Source: Paramecium tetraurelia
Taxonomy: Eukaryota
Reading direction: 5' to 3'
Assembly (NCBI GenBank): GCA_000165425.1
Contig: CT868002.1
Location: 62,001 to 126,000 of the forward strand
Length of the DNA: 64,000 bases
How positions within the stretch are numbered: the stretch's first letter is position 1; each line of letters opens with the position of its first letter. Shown piece after piece: positions 27,599 through 42,588 of the stretch. The notes under the pieces are model-generated. The model was not told the origin of the DNA and ran no database searches. It saw only the letters and a list, made by a program, of their open reading frames with translations. The position numbers and the translations under genes were made by a program.

Positions 27599-30500
27599 AT
27601 GAGAAAGAAGAGAGCATTAAATGAATTCGAATTTGTTGAGAAGAAGGACAATGGTAAGGCTCAAGAAGAATTAGGAAAAGGAGCCTTTGGGAGAGTGCGT
27701 TTGGCTCATGATAAAGTGACTGATACAAAGGTAGCAATCAAAACGGTAATTAAACAAATTAAACTAGATTCCCAAAAAATTGCTTAAAGAAAATGCATAA
27801 GCTGAAAATATTAAACGAGAAATAAAGCTGCATAGGAAATTAGATCATCCTCATATAGTAAAATTGTATCACTCTCTTGAAGATGAGACTAATGTTTACC
27901 TTGTGCTGGAATACGTTCCTATGGGGAACTTGTTTGTCTATTTAAAAAAGCGCAAGACTTTAGAGGAGCAAGAAGCGTTCGTTTATTTTTTACAAACTGC
28001 ATTAGCCTTAGATTACTTGCATAAGAAGGGAATTATACATAGAGACTTGAAGCCAGAAAACATCTTATTGGATGCATAAGGCAATATTAAAATATGCGAT
28101 TTTGGGTGGTCTGCAGAACTGCAACCAGAGAGGAGAACATTTTGCGGAACACTGGATTACATGTGTCCAGAAATGTTAAACAGTTAAAATCATGATCACA
28201 GAGTAGATATATGGGCTATGGGGATTCTCTTATTTGAAATGCTGCATGGTCACGCGCCTTATAATAAAAATAGATAATCATAAGAAGTTGTTATTAAGGC
28301 GATCTTAAATGCTGCTACTACTAAAATACCATTTAATGATAAAATTTCAAATGATGCAAAAGATTTAATTTAGGCACTCTTAAAAGTTAACCCGCTTGAT
28401 AGGTTGAGCATGGAGGAGATTTTCAATCATAAATGGATTAAAGTTCATGCAAGAGCATTATAAATAAATATACCTGAATTTGTTTATGAAAAAGGAGTAA
28501 ATGAAACAGTTTAATCCATATAAGACATATCTATAGATTTTGGTAATCTTACACAACCATCTAATAATTATTAATCTTAAAAAATTCCATCAAAATAGCC
28601 AGGTATATAATAAAGATAAGAAAATCCAAATTTTTATTCATAATAATTACCTTCATCTTCACCATCATTAAATAATTCAACCTATTAATAATAACAATAA
28701 TAATAACAACATTAATAATAATAACATTAATAATAATCTACTACTCCTAATAAGAAACCATCATTTGATTAACTATTTTAATCAACACATAGCAATACTA
28801 ATAATCCTCCCTTACCTTAATATGAATCAACTTCCAAATCTCCTACCAGATTAACTCCAGAATAGTAAAGATAAAAAAATGAATTATTAGGCATCAATTA
28901 AATGGAGACATCAAAATAAATGGAATAATCGAATAGAATCAATTATTAAATGCAGTAAAGCTAAGATATGCAAAGATCGTAAATGAGAGATCAATCACCC
29001 AATTAATCTATGATGAATTCTAATTATTAAGGTGTCTCTCCAAATAAACCTGGTGTCAGTCCCAATAGTAGAAAACCTATTCTCAATGATAAGATGGCTC
29101 AATCTCAAATGATAATTAATAAGTATACTTAGCAATCAAATAACTAATCAGGAATGTTTAAAAGTTAAGACATTGCTAATCAGCAACCTTAATAATCTGA
29201 TGAATTTACAAAATATATGTAATAAGAATAGGAAAGAAAAAGAAAGGAAGAAGAATTTAGAAAACAATAATTAGCCGATTTATAAAAGAGAGAAGAATAA
29301 AGATTATTAGAAGAATAGAGAGAAAGAGAAGAGAGATAGAAATAAGAAGAATTAGAAAGATCAAGGAGGTTAAGAGAATAAGAATTAGAAAATTAAAGAA
29401 AGATTAAAGAATTTGAAGAGGAGTAAAAACGATTAAGGGAACAAGAAAAATTAAGAAAGTAAAGAGAATAAGAAGAGTTTTTGTAAAGGTAAAGAGAACA
29501 AGAATAAGAAAAATAGAGAAAGGAGAAGGACGAATAAGATAGACTTAGAAAAGAATAATTGAGAAGAGAATAGGAAGATAGAGATCGTAAAGTCAAAGAG
29601 TAGGAAGAATAAAGGAGAAGGGAAGAATAGGTAAAAAGAGAGTAGGAAGAAAGATAAAGGAGAGAATAAGAAAAGTGGGAGTAGGAATAGAGAGAAAGAT
29701 TAAGAAAAGAAAAGGAGGAATAAGATAAGAGAAGGTAGTCTGAAGAATAATAATAAGAGAAATTAAAACAATAAGAAAGATAAAAGTAACAATATGAAGA
29801 ACAACTACGATTATAAAAATAATAGGAATAAGATAGAAAGTTAAGAGAATATGAAGAGTAGAAAAAGCAGTTAAATCGATCTAATTCTAGAAATGTTAGA
29901 AGTTAAGAAACAGAAGAAGATAAATAGGCTTAAAAGTTAAAGGAACTAGAATAAAAAGCAAGATAAGAATATTAACAACATTTGATAAATCAAAGTAATA
30001 GTAGTTATGCAAGTAAATAAATAAGTGAAAGCAAACAACAGAGAAGATAAATATCTGATGATGATCTATTTATTGCAACAAATAATAATTCTTATATACC
30101 ATAAAAATAAAAGAATGAAATGAATGAGGACGAATATGAATTAGAATAGAAGCTTCATAATATGTTAGTGTAAAATCTGTAATTAGAATTGCCTCCTATT
30201 ACTAAGACATTAAAACCTGATGAAAACAGCAATCTTGATTGGGATATCAGTGTGATTGAACAATAATAGAAACAAACTCCATTAATGAAATAATATGAAA
30301 ATATTTAATAAGTAGAAGTTGCCATGCATCAAATTCCATAAAACAATAAATCACTATCACCTAATACTAGATAAACCAGATTTACTCCAAGAGTCACTAA
30401 AATGGAAGATAGACCAACTCATATTAATAATATGTTAGATGATTAATTGGATGAATGGGATCTCAGTGAAGATCCTTAAGTAAAGTTACTTAATCAATTG

Positions 30501-31106
30501 CTGGAATAGCCAGAAAGGCAAAAAAAGGAGAAGCAGAAGTAAAATGTTAATACTAGCTCTAATAATGGATATTCATCTCAATCTTAATAATAAATATCTG
30601 TATCCACTCAACCTACAAATAAATTTAGTTTCGGTGAAAGTAAAGCTAAGCAGACTTTCAAACCAGAAACTATTGAAAATGTAGAGGAAAGCTTTAGGCA
30701 AGATAGATCAATGAGAATGAACACTTCTAGAGATAGGAGTAGGAATAAGATACCAGCTAAATCAAATCCAAAATATAGGTAAATCTAATAAGAGTAAGAA
30801 CCAGTTGAAGAATAGTACGATGAAGATTAATTAGAAGATCTAAAGAGGTCAAAATCATCCAATCAAGAAAACACCTATGACTAAAAACTAAAACAATTTA
30901 AAAAATATGACCACAATCCATATTCAGATAATTACCAAAATTAAACTTAAGAACAGTAATTTTATATATAATAACATAGATACAAACCAAGAAAGAGTAG
31001 GATAAGCGAAAGACAAAATAGAACTATTCCTTAGAGACCATTATAAGAAATGGACTTTTTTGATAGACTAAAATTTGCCTTCGGGTGTTTATCCAGAAGA
31101 TAATGA
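27599..31106 (+). CDS. Aurora-like Ser/Thr kinase with long Q/E/R/K-rich C-terminal extension
   Basis: [18 protein letters not shown] and [25 protein letters not shown]; ends [16 protein letters not shown]. Confidence 0.92.
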
Positions 31107-32216
31107 AAATAAAAAATTTATAACTATGTTATTATTTCATTCAAAATGTTATTTTATATGGACAAATATTTATAATAATGATTTGAAAAAGTGCTTTTTA
31201 TACATTATATCTTATAAAATTTCATTAGGAAAATTTCTAAAAGAGGGAGAAAAAGGAAAAGATAAATAATTTAAAATTAATTATAAATGCAGTTATGATA
31301 CAACATAGATAGAGAGGATTGTTGAAGGATTCTACTTAAATTTTGGTAAAAAACGATTACAACTTAACTTTGTCTAGGTAAGCAGAGAAAAATCAACCAA
31401 ATATGAAGAAATATGGAAATTATTTTATACTTCTTTTGTTTTTTCAATGTATGTACATACTTGCTAGAAACATTATAATAATAAGTTGAAGACTTTCCTT
31501 AGTAATATTTTTAGACGTTTTCAAAGTTGAGGAGGAAAATGGTTAAGAAAGTTTGAGTAAAGAATTGTCGATAAAATTAGGAAAGTTTCTTATAAAGAGA
31601 AAACACTCAGATGAATTTTATCTAAATATAATATTGATTTCCAATTTTATGCTTTATCAACCATTTTGAAAAATCCCTATAATTAATTGTTGATGAGAAT
31701 TTGATGGTAACTTTGTTTCTGATAAATAAAAATTTTGAAGAACAATGAGTAATTACTACGCAGTAATAGCTTGACTATTTTTTTCTTGATTATAACCTTA
31801 TTATTTTGAGAAATAATATTTTAACTTATATTTTCAAAATAAATGGATTGAGGAAAAATATTTACACTTAACCATATTTAAATAAAGTAACATTGTTTAT
31901 TAAAATTGACAAATGCAATATATTGGATCACTTTTTCATAAAATTAATATTGATTAAAGATCATTAGATTAATTTAATGAATAATTTATAAATGAATAAA
32001 AAAATAAATATATTTATAAATATATAAGGTCTCCTCTTAGCAAACAAGAAGTAAGAAAAACAATAATTTAGATATAATTTTTGGTGAGATTTTATGATAT
32101 GTAAGATCTCATTTTTATTTTTACCTAAATAACGATGCAAATGTAATTTATAAGAAAATAATTATTAATAATATATTTAATATTTTGATATTACTTTTCA
32201 TAAATTATTAGTGTTA

Positions 32217-34655
32217 ATGTTGTCTCATATTTTTTAGAATATATGTCCAAATCATAACAGTGAAGTAGTTGCAATTAAACTGTCTGCCCATAAATAAGTT
32301 GAGGATGTTCTCATGTGCCTATACTGTCTAACAGGAAATGCTTAATATCCTGTTGTTCCATTAAATGAAATCTAAAAGTTGTATGAAGCTAAACTTGTAT
32401 TTATTAAGTAGTTGCAAGTTGAAAAGCATTAATTAATAAAAGCATATCTTAATAAAATAATAGATACTTTGAGTTAGTTGAAAAATGATCTGAATGTTCA
32501 ATTAGATAAAGGAATTGAGTTATTAGAAAACTAACTAGAATATGAAAATCTAAGACTTCAGAGAGAGCAGAATAATCAAGAGGATCAGGAGCAGACTTTA
32601 GAATATTATCTTCAATTCATAGTTAGTTGTGAATCCAGTTACGGTTAATAACACAGAGGAGAAGATGAATTTAGTTGGATACAATCCTTATCTAAGGAAT
32701 TATAGAAATTAAGCAAATTACAAGAAATATAAGACTGTTTATTGATTTCAAAAGATCTCAAAAAATAATATTAAATAAAAGATTAAAATCTAAAGTCCCA
32801 AAATTAAATAAAAAAATTACTATAAACGATTTCATAGAAAAAATTCAATGAGAGAACACCTAATTTGAATTTTAATTGCCAAGTACATGGCAAAGAAATC
32901 ATTTTATTTGATATGAATCATTAGACAGAAAAGCAGAAGAGGTTATGCTGTATAGAATGCATGCCCTCCTCATATATCTCATTAACAAAGGCTTAGGAGA
33001 AATTAAAATAATTTGAGACTAGAAGGTCTAATTATTTTCAACAATAAATACTTGATAAGGAATAATAATACGAATAAGTCTAGGAACAGATAATCAAAAT
33101 TGAAAATTAAATTGTTGAGTAGATCAAGAATTTAAGGGTTAATTTTGAAGACAATATATTAGCAATGAAATAAAAAATTGTCTTAAGTCTCAATTCAAAT
33201 AATTATGACATTTAAAATCTGAATTATTCAGAACTACAAGAACGGATTGACATTATAAGTAAATCAGAAGAAAATTAATAATGTATCATTTTTTAAGAAT
33301 ATCAGGAAATATAAAATTCTATTCTCTCTTAATTAAAAGAATAATTATAATAATTATATCAATACTAATAAAATTTATATGATAACCTAAGATCTACCTT
33401 ATGCAATTCTCAAGAGATAAGCAAGGCAACTAGCTAATCAGATTAATAAACCCATAATATTAATTATTTTATAATTGAAAATAGAGAAACATCAAACAGC
33501 AATTAATTGGAATTGTTAACTCAAAAATCTCAAGAATCCCAAGATTACAAAAGTAGTAATTAAACCTAAAAAGAATTCAATTTGTTGACATTATCAACTA
33601 TCAATGAAAATCGTTAAACAAGAAGCGCCTCTGCATAAGTCAAATCAAAAATTCAAGAAACAGAAAAGTAAAAAGATGATGAAAATCAAATAGAACTTTA
33701 TTAAGAAAATAATTATGAATTAATTGAAAAGTTTAAGTGGGAATAAAATTGTCATGCCATATCATTTAATCAAGATAATAGCCTTATGATTAGTGGTTGT
33801 TAAAATGACATAACTGTTTGGGAATTTAACAATGGAAAAATAAAAAAAAAATAATAATTGACTGGACATACTAACTTAGTTATTTCTTTGTTTTTCAGTT
33901 TGAGTAAACCGGAGTTCATATCTGGAAGTACGGATAAATCTATTAGATATTGGCAATTTGTTGAAAATTAATGGACTTGCACTTAGATGCTTTTAGGGCA
34001 TAAGAGACAAATAGATTGTTTATTGTTTGATAATAAAGGTGATTAAATTATATCCTGCAGTTGTGATAAGTCTATAAGGGTGTGGAGGAAAAATGAATAA
34101 TTAAAATGGATATAGGTTTAAGTGTTAACCGATCATTAAGCATATGTTAGATGTATAAGTTTTAGCAAGTCTCAAGAGTTGTTTGTATCATGTGGAGAAG
34201 ATAAGTTGATTATTATTTGGGAAATTGATGAATTCAAAGAGTGGAAATCGAAATAAATAATTAAAAATAGTGACTATGGATATCGGATATGCTTTGTTTA
34301 AAATAATTTGTTGATATGGCAACCAAGAAATATTAATTAATCAATTATATTTTAGTTAAATGATAACTTAAATCAGTTTGAATAGAGTACTTAAAATATC
34401 TAATTACTACTATCTAATAATGGATATTAAAACTTTTTTCCATCTCTATATAATGAAAATAAATAAATTGTTATAAATAAACATGGAAGATACGTATATG
34501 TTTTGAAAAAGTTAATTAATGATTAATTTTCGATTTCTTAAGTGATTGAAGTCGGTCACTATTGTAATTATGGTTCATTATCACCAAATGGTGAATACTT
34601 AGTGATTTGGGATGAAGGATCCAAATATTTTTAAATCAGAAAAGCCAAATTTTGA
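32217..34655 (+). CDS. WD40-repeat protein with two CxxH..CxxC zinc-finger-like motifs and coiled coils
   Basis: CPNH..CLYC and CQVH..CIEC. C-terminal WD40 repeats (GHTNLV..SGSTDKSIRYW, GHKRQI..SCDKSIRVW). Confidence 0.85.
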
Positions 34656-34888
34656 TAATTTTTATTAGATAACCAATATCAATATTACAATAGTACTACA
34701 ATATATAATATTGATTATATTAACTAAAGTAATATATTATTAAACATTTTAAATTAATCTGTAATTAAATGATTCTAAATGTTATCTAATTTTTTATTGA
34801 AGCCAAAATCTGTATTTAATTGACAAAGATTTATATGAATTACTATAAGTTTAATGTCCAATAATAAATTTTTTAAAGTAAATTCAAT

Positions 34889-35259
34889 ATGGGAAGTTGT
34901 TAAGTTAGCTCACAAGCCACATATCTAAAAAAGGATGATGATTAAATTGAAACAACATCACAACCAAATATTTAATCAGTTCAATTTACTCCTCTTGTCT
35001 GTAACATCGTTGGGGATTAGGATAGAATGGATGATTTATTCTTGGATTTAGAAAGATAACCATCTCTAAGTATTATATAGCATACCTCTAATTCTTAAGA
35101 AAATGTAAAATTTATTATTATGGTAAGTTCTAGCTTAAATCTAAAGTCTAAATTACTCATGATCCTCAATCTCTCACTTTAAACCAATCATAGAATGGAA
35201 TCAAATCACCCAAGAAATCTAAAAACTTGAATGCAAAATTTAAAGAGATGATATATTGA
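34889..35259 (+). CDS. Small hypothetical protein with MGSC N-terminus (possible acylation)
   Basis: MGSCQVSSQ...KFKEMIY* after one 23-nt intron. Confidence 0.6.
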
Positions 35260-36101
35260 AATACATTCATCGTAAGTACATTAATTTGAAATTATATTTA
35301 TACACCATACTATAAATCAACTCATTTAAAACTTTTTCAAGATAAACTAGATATCTGAACCTCAATTACAACATATTAAAACTTTAATATTTATTAAAAA
35401 ATAATATCTAATTAATTAAGAACGATAATTTACAAATTTAGAGTTACGTATCAATAATAATAATCTGAATTCAAAGCAAGATAGAACACCCTATTAATAA
35501 GATTTGATATAATGTCAGAATTAGCAATTATACTCTAATATTATAAAAAATAGGTTTTTTAATGAATATAGAATACCAATATTCTCCAAAGTTCTTTTGA
35601 ATTCGGTTATTTTTTTGAGAATCCTTACTTATTTTTTAGTTTTACATTCATTTAAGTCAATATATTCATCAATAGATAATATTGTAAGTGCAATTATGCA
35701 TTATAATAAATTCCTAATCATAATATTACATTTATTTGATCATTTAATATCTAAACAATCTCTCATATTGGTATCAAATGAATGAAATAAAGCACTTCTA
35801 TCCAATCATACATGAGTTCCTTATAAAATCACTTTGTTCAGCTAAAACTCTTCAAACTCTCTCTATTGTATTTTAAATTGTATTATTAAATTATTCAAAA
35901 TTAAGCTCCTTCAATTGAAAGAATAATATATTTCAAATAAAAAATTAAGAATTCAAATTGTAAAATCTTTCAAAAGGCCTACATAGATTGTCAATTGTTT
36001 AATAGATTTAAAAAATAATATTTAAATATCAGAAAAGATGTTGTGTTTTCAATATAGAAAAATATTATTTTTTTTTTGAAACCTTTTTAAATAATTTTGA
36101 T

Positions 36102-37219
36102 TCATTGTTATTCCACTACTAATTCATAACTTCCAGGTCCTAATTCTGAATACTTTTCAACCTAAAACCTTCTTGATTTCCCAAAACTTGTATTAGTGTT
36201 ACTTTTTTTTATATATTCAGATTAATAAAGAAAATCTTTAATATCATAGCTACCAGGTCCGATCGAATCAAATGGCTTTTATTTGTCCTCGATGCTTGAC
36301 TTTTATCTTTTTGAGTTTTTCTTATCAACCTAATCGATCTCAATGAAATCTTTAACATCATAGCTTCCAGGACCTGGAGGACCAAATTTTTCTTGACTGC
36401 TCCTTCTAATTTTTTCCATCTTTTTTCTTCTGGCAACTTATTTAATTTACATTGCCGATCTTGGTCTTAAACTTATGGTTTCTTTTTCTCTAACTTCTTT
36501 TTATTTCATTAATTCTTGGATATATTTATCCTCCTTTCTATTGTAATAGGATCTAACCATTAGTTTTGGTTTGAGCAGTCGCTCTATTCTATCTATTTTT
36601 TTTCTCTCTACTTTCTAATCTATTTTATAGGCTCCAGGCCCAGGAGTTATAAACTTTGTATTTTCTTAAGATAACTTTCTGGCTGTGCCAAAAGATATAC
36701 TTCTTTAAGATTTTTGATTCAAATCATATGTTCCAGGACCTGGGAACTCTTAATGGTGTTCACTACAATGTCTTGAATTGAAAACGAAGGTTTTTGATTG
36801 CTTACTCTATAGAATATTATATTATCCAGGACCTGGATTTTAAAATTGTTTTAACTATTTTCTTTTACCTTTGGTAAAACTTATGAAGGGACGGTTATAT
36901 TATAAATGAGCGGGATGTTATACCTCATAGGAACCTGGCCCTACACTCTATTTTGACCTTTCAGAGTTCTGTCTTTAATATGTGTAGGAATTAGAGTTTT
37001 CAGCGTTTGACAAGGCTTATTCTTAAGTTTTTATTCGAATTCTGGGATTTGAATTTAATTTAGTTGTCATACCTGACCTATTTGAATATGCACTCAGCCT
37101 CATTTCATTAAATAACTTATTCACTTATGGCTAGCTGGAAGCCACTCTAATATGATGATCAATTTTGACTACATTTAAGCAACTGGGAGAACCTTATCGA
37201 AGAATTAAGTATCTAGCAT
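36102..37219 (-). CDS. STPG/SHIPPO (ODF3-like) PGPGxY-repeat ciliary protein
   Basis: About seven GPG[S/Q/T/A]Y motifs (VGPGSY, PGPGQY, PGPGTY, PGPGAY, PGPGSY, IGPGSY, LGPGSY). Confidence 0.85.
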
Positions 37220-37685
37220 CAAAAATTACTTGTTCTATAGTAATAATATTAATTAATTTAATTAAAAATATTTATTCTTTAGGTTCATTTATTTTAATCT
37301 ATATTTTGGTAAATACTTCGAATCACATTTGAGTGAATATTCCTCTTGTGATCATATCCATACACTCATATAATAATGAGGGTTAAAACGTTACAATAGC
37401 TTTGATAATCTAAAACATATCATATGATTAAAATTGGATAATGTGATCTATTTAAAATTATGATATACTCAAAATTTCTATGACTTTGATATTGCTATTA
37501 TTTTTTCTTCTTAATTGATTGTTTATTATGCACAAATTAATTGATAGATAATATAATACTCTTTCTAATAGCTTTAAATCAATCATACTTAAATCGGCTT
37601 GATTTTATCATATTATTATTAAATTTAGTATAATATTTAAAAATGAATCAATGGGGGTTCTCATTTAAGCATTCATAAATAAAAG

Positions 37686-40600
37686 ATGAATTCGACTCCT
37701 ATGGAGGATTATTAAAAGTTGATAATTAAAAAAAAATGTAAAATTATTCAGACTAACCTTTAAAAGGTTACAAAACGAATAATAAAAAAAATAACAATAA
37801 AAGACCTAATAGGAATTAATAGATGGACCTTTATGAACAAAAATATAAAAATTCCGATGAACGTTAGTAATATTCTCAAGTAAACACATATAATAATAAT
37901 AATGAACAACAAATGAATTCAAATAACTATGAACCTTAGTATTATGGATATAATTAGCATGATAATAATCATCAAGATTAAGATTCTTGGAATTAATCTA
38001 ATTAGCCATAAAAATCATAATAGCAGAATTAATACTAATATTAATAATAGCAATAACAATAGCAATAGCAATAATATCAATAATAATCATAGCAATAACA
38101 ATATCAATATTAATAACAATAACTACAACAATAACATTAATAATCGTCATATCAATAGCAATAATTATAATATTCACAATAAATATAACCATTCCCTCAG
38201 TAAACCTCATTTCCTGTTCAACCCCTTTATTAAAATTAATTCTAATTTAATCAATAAATACCACCACAACAAGAATAATCAAATCCGTTGAATATCATGT
38301 AAGATTTGTAGCTCAATTAAAATCATACTCAAAATGATACTGGTTTTACCGAAGTCTAAATAAGTCAGTACAACTAGCCGTCAAAAAATAATTCCTAAAT
38401 AAATTAGAGCTCTCAAATCCCTAAATCAATAATAACTTCCCTTGCAAAAGAAGAGTAACTAGATAGTTATTATAACTCTTATCATAAATTAATAGATTAT
38501 TTTTTTCAATATGCAGACATCGAGATTAAAATTTCTAATATTAATCCAATTGTTGAACCAAGATTGAATGAAATTTATTTTGATCTCAAAGAATTGAGAT
38601 TAAAGATATAACAAATTGACATTGAAGACTAATTACGTGCAAATAGGACTTACTAAGTAAAAGAACAATAGGAAAACAACATTTCTTAAAAGGATAAAAT
38701 GATTATTCTACATAGTCTCATAATTGAAAATCTATATCGAGAGGCCGAAAATCACAAATCAAAAATATTAATAAGCTACCAAAAATATCAATATAAAATA
38801 AATCCATTAGATCAGCACTACGAAGAGAACGCTAAAAACTTTTATTTAATTTTCAAAAAAAAATGGGATAATCACATTATATTGATCGAATAATGCAAAT
38901 CAGAATTTGAAGCTAATTCCAAAATAAAATTATTGAAAGTACCCAGAATCAACTAATCCTTCTGCAAAGAACTTGGTTTTCAAAATCCAATTATTATGTT
39001 GACATCTGATCTTAATCTGGTAACCTTGAGTACCACAGCTTTATACAATGACGGATTAGCATTATAAAAAAAAACCAATGAAATAATAGTTATAAACTCC
39101 TTTGATCAAAATTAGAAAGAAAATATCTCAACTTTAAATGATAAGTTCTAGAAATTTCTTCAGGATCCCTAATATATAAAAAATGTTAAAGAAACTTTCG
39201 ATATTGACTGTTAACCACAAAAGGATATTAATGAGATTGACAAATGCATACAAGCACTTTAAGCAAGAGAATATATAGAAATAACAGTTACCACCCCAAT
39301 ATTTAATTTATAAAATAAAGGAAAGTATTTAGTATAAGCTGAATTGCAACTATGGATAGAAGGCTATTAAACATAAGAGATGATTAATTAAAAATTAAAA
39401 GTTGTGAAATAACAATTAAATGAAATCTACAATCCACCAATAATAATATAGGTATTTGAATAAGAAAAAATTAATTTGTGGAAGAATTATTTAGGTTCCC
39501 TTTTTGAAAATCAAAATAATTCAAAGGAATGCATAACTAGAGAGGATAAGGGTATATTAACAATTGAACTTAATGGGCATTAAGATGTAATTTATGAAAA
39601 GAAAGAGAAAATAGAAACTTTGTTTAAACAATTTTAATGCAAAAATATTGAATATTAATGTGAAAATGACATACTTAAGGTGTTAGTGAGTAAGAAAGCT
39701 TAATTATCAAAATTATTTAAAGCAATTTTTACAGAAATTGCTTCAGAATTTGGACAATGCTAGATTTAAATGATTGATGTTAATGAAAAATCACTGACTG
39801 TAATAATTGAGGTTTACTTTAATTCAATAGATTACAAATTTACAAATATAAGTGCAAAAGTTGTTCAGTTTTTGTTTGATCTAGATTACATACTATTAAA
39901 AATTAATTTTAAAGAGTTCTTATAGTTTTAAGGTCTAAAAGAGATTTAATTTTAGGAATAGTATCAAGTTGCTGTAGCAATAGGAAAGTAAAAAGAAGTT
40001 GGGATCATTGGGAGATAAAAGGAATTAGATGAAATAAAATAAATGTCGAAATAGTTTGATCAATCAAAGAAAGAGAATTATACTTCTATAATTATTGATT
40101 GCGATAATAAATTGGTTTTTAATAGAATTAAATAGTTAAACTCAAAGCCTAAGTAAGATGCCAATGTTGATGATGAAAACGCTGTAGTGATTAGCTTTCC
40201 ATAGGAGAATAAGATAATGATATAAGCATCTAAGAAATAGATTTAATAAGAAAAGGATAAGATGAATAACAAGATCCAATAATTTAAAGGTGAAATTTCA
40301 ACTAAGTCTTGTTAATTCTCTGATAAGGAAGTTAAATATATTGATAAAAACTTTAAATCACTTTTGGAAAAATTACAAAAGAATAATGAAATAATAATAT
40401 CTACTTCTTCTCAAGGTCCAATATCATTATAATCAGAGAAATCTGCAGCATGTACTTTGGAATATTAAAATAAGAAGATTCAAATAATCTATGGAGACAT
40501 CTCAACTATTTAATGTGATGCAATAGTCAATTCTTGTAATAACAAAATATCTTTTGGTGATTCATTATAGTTAACTGGTGTTGCTTAAAGTATCTTCTAG

Positions 40601-42500
40601 TTGGGAGGAACATAATATTCATCAGCTTGTTAGGAATACATCAGAAAGCATTATGAGTTAGAGATAGGAAAGGTTTTCACCTATAAGATGCCAAATGATA
40701 GACAGATTAAATATATTCTTAATGTAGCCACACCAGTATATTCTGAAGGATTTGTAACAGATGAGGATTTGAAAAAGATTTAACATAACATAGAGGCGAT
40801 TTTCAAAGAAATTAACAATTTAGATGTAAAGACTTTAACTCTTCCTATTTTTGGAGGAGGGGCATGTGGATACGGTTTTAATTAAGTTACCTAAGTGGTA
40901 TTGAATAGTGTTATAAATTCTTTATATTTTTAAAAGAACTCCATAGAAGCAATTTACATAGCAGAGTTAATAGATATCAAAGTTGATTGGCTGACTAAAA
41001 TACTCAAAAATATCTTAAAACCTCCTGAGAAGGAAAGGTAAGTAAAATATTAATGGTAATGGTAAGATAACTAAGCCTTTAAAAATTATGATGATGAAGA
41101 TATTAATAATTAGATAGATGAGGCATACGAATAATTTTAATAGACAGGCAAAGATTAGAAGGTGATGTTGAAATTTCCATTCTCCAAACAGCCTGGAACT
41201 CATACTGTTAATCTGGATTCATTAATAGTTACTGATATCTCATTAAAAACTACGAAGAAAATAATTTCAAAGAAAGTATCTAATTCAAAGAGATTTTATT
41301 TTGATGAAGATGTATTAGACGATTAATAAAATGAATATTTGCTGCTTTAAGAATTGAACAACATAAAATAATTTGACATCTTTTATAAGAAACATTATGT
41401 AGAATTTAAGAAGGGTGAGATGTATTAAATGAATTAAGAGACCCAATTTAAGAGAACCATAAAGCCCGTTTAATACGTATCCAAAAAGACTAAGTCATAA
41501 GGAAAACCTAATAAATTAGTTGGTAAAGATTTCACATTAATCGAATCTCAGAATTAAGTTTCCAAATTAGTTTAATAAAAATCTAACTGTGATTAATTAA
41601 CTCTATAATCATTTGATGGATCTCTTAATGAAATGATTTACAAATAGGTTAAAGCTGAATTGGAGAAATAGGTTTTGGAGTTTAAATTTGATGTCCCTAA
41701 TCTATCAGATAGTGGACTTTAAGAAATGCAATAGTTTATTTAATCGATTGCATTGTCCATTAATGGGAGATTTAAATAAGGGGAGAAAATTTTACTAAAA
41801 ATTTTTGAAAAAAAAAAGAATAAGATTGTTAATTATATTAATTCAATAAAATCTTAAGAAAAGGCATATCCAGATACTTGGGTACCATAGAGTCAAAATT
41901 TGTTGAGGACTGCTTTGTAACCAAACTCATAAGAATACTAAAAAATAGCGAACTTGTTTAAGAAGACTGATGCTGGATAGATATATGAGATTTACAGAAT
42001 TTAAAATAAATCCTTATGGGATAATTATAATGCAGAAAAAAATAAGTTGATAGAGATACATAAATAATAAGGTACAAACTTAAAAGCTATTGAAATTGAT
42101 AGATATTTATGGCATGGAGTCAGAACGTAACATCCTCAAATAATCTATTCTGGCTTAAAGGAAGCTTTTGATTAAACATACAGCAACGTAATTTTTAATT
42201 ATAATTTAGATTGGTATGTGGGGTGCTGGTATCTACTTTGCAGAAAATGCTAGTTATTCTAGAAATTATTCCTATAAATTATAATTTTAAGATAGTGCAA
42301 ATAATGTAGGTAAGTTGATATTTTTATGTTGTTTGGTAACAACTGGGAGAGTTGAAGTAAGATTGCCAGATCAAAATATCAAAAGGCCTTCTTAAGGTTT
42401 TGATTGTGTTTCAGGAAACACCAATGGAAGTGATGTGTTTATCCTCTACTCAATGGATATAAGAAGAGCATATCCAGCATATGAAATAATCTATACATGA
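37686..42500 (+). CDS. Macro-WWE-PARP (PARP14/PARP9-like mono-ADP-ribosyltransferase)
   Basis: Q-rich N-terminus; macro domain (IQIIYGDIST..CDAIVNSCN..LPIFGGGACG); WWE (YQWQWQDN..FKNYD). ART domain RIQNKSLW, LWHG, GMWGAGIYFAENASYS and AYPAYEI. Confidence 0.9.
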
Positions 42501-42588
42501 TTATTAATTATATAACATAGTAATAATAAATAAGAAGACTTCTTAAGAAAAAATATAATTAAACATTAATCCTTAATTATTAATGTTT

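Noticed and set aside
37929..38291. Asn-rich ORF (and the antisense Ile-rich ORF 37998-38210)
   Set aside because: Out-of-frame and antisense readings of the poly-Gln (TAA/TAG/CAA) tract of the PARP gene.
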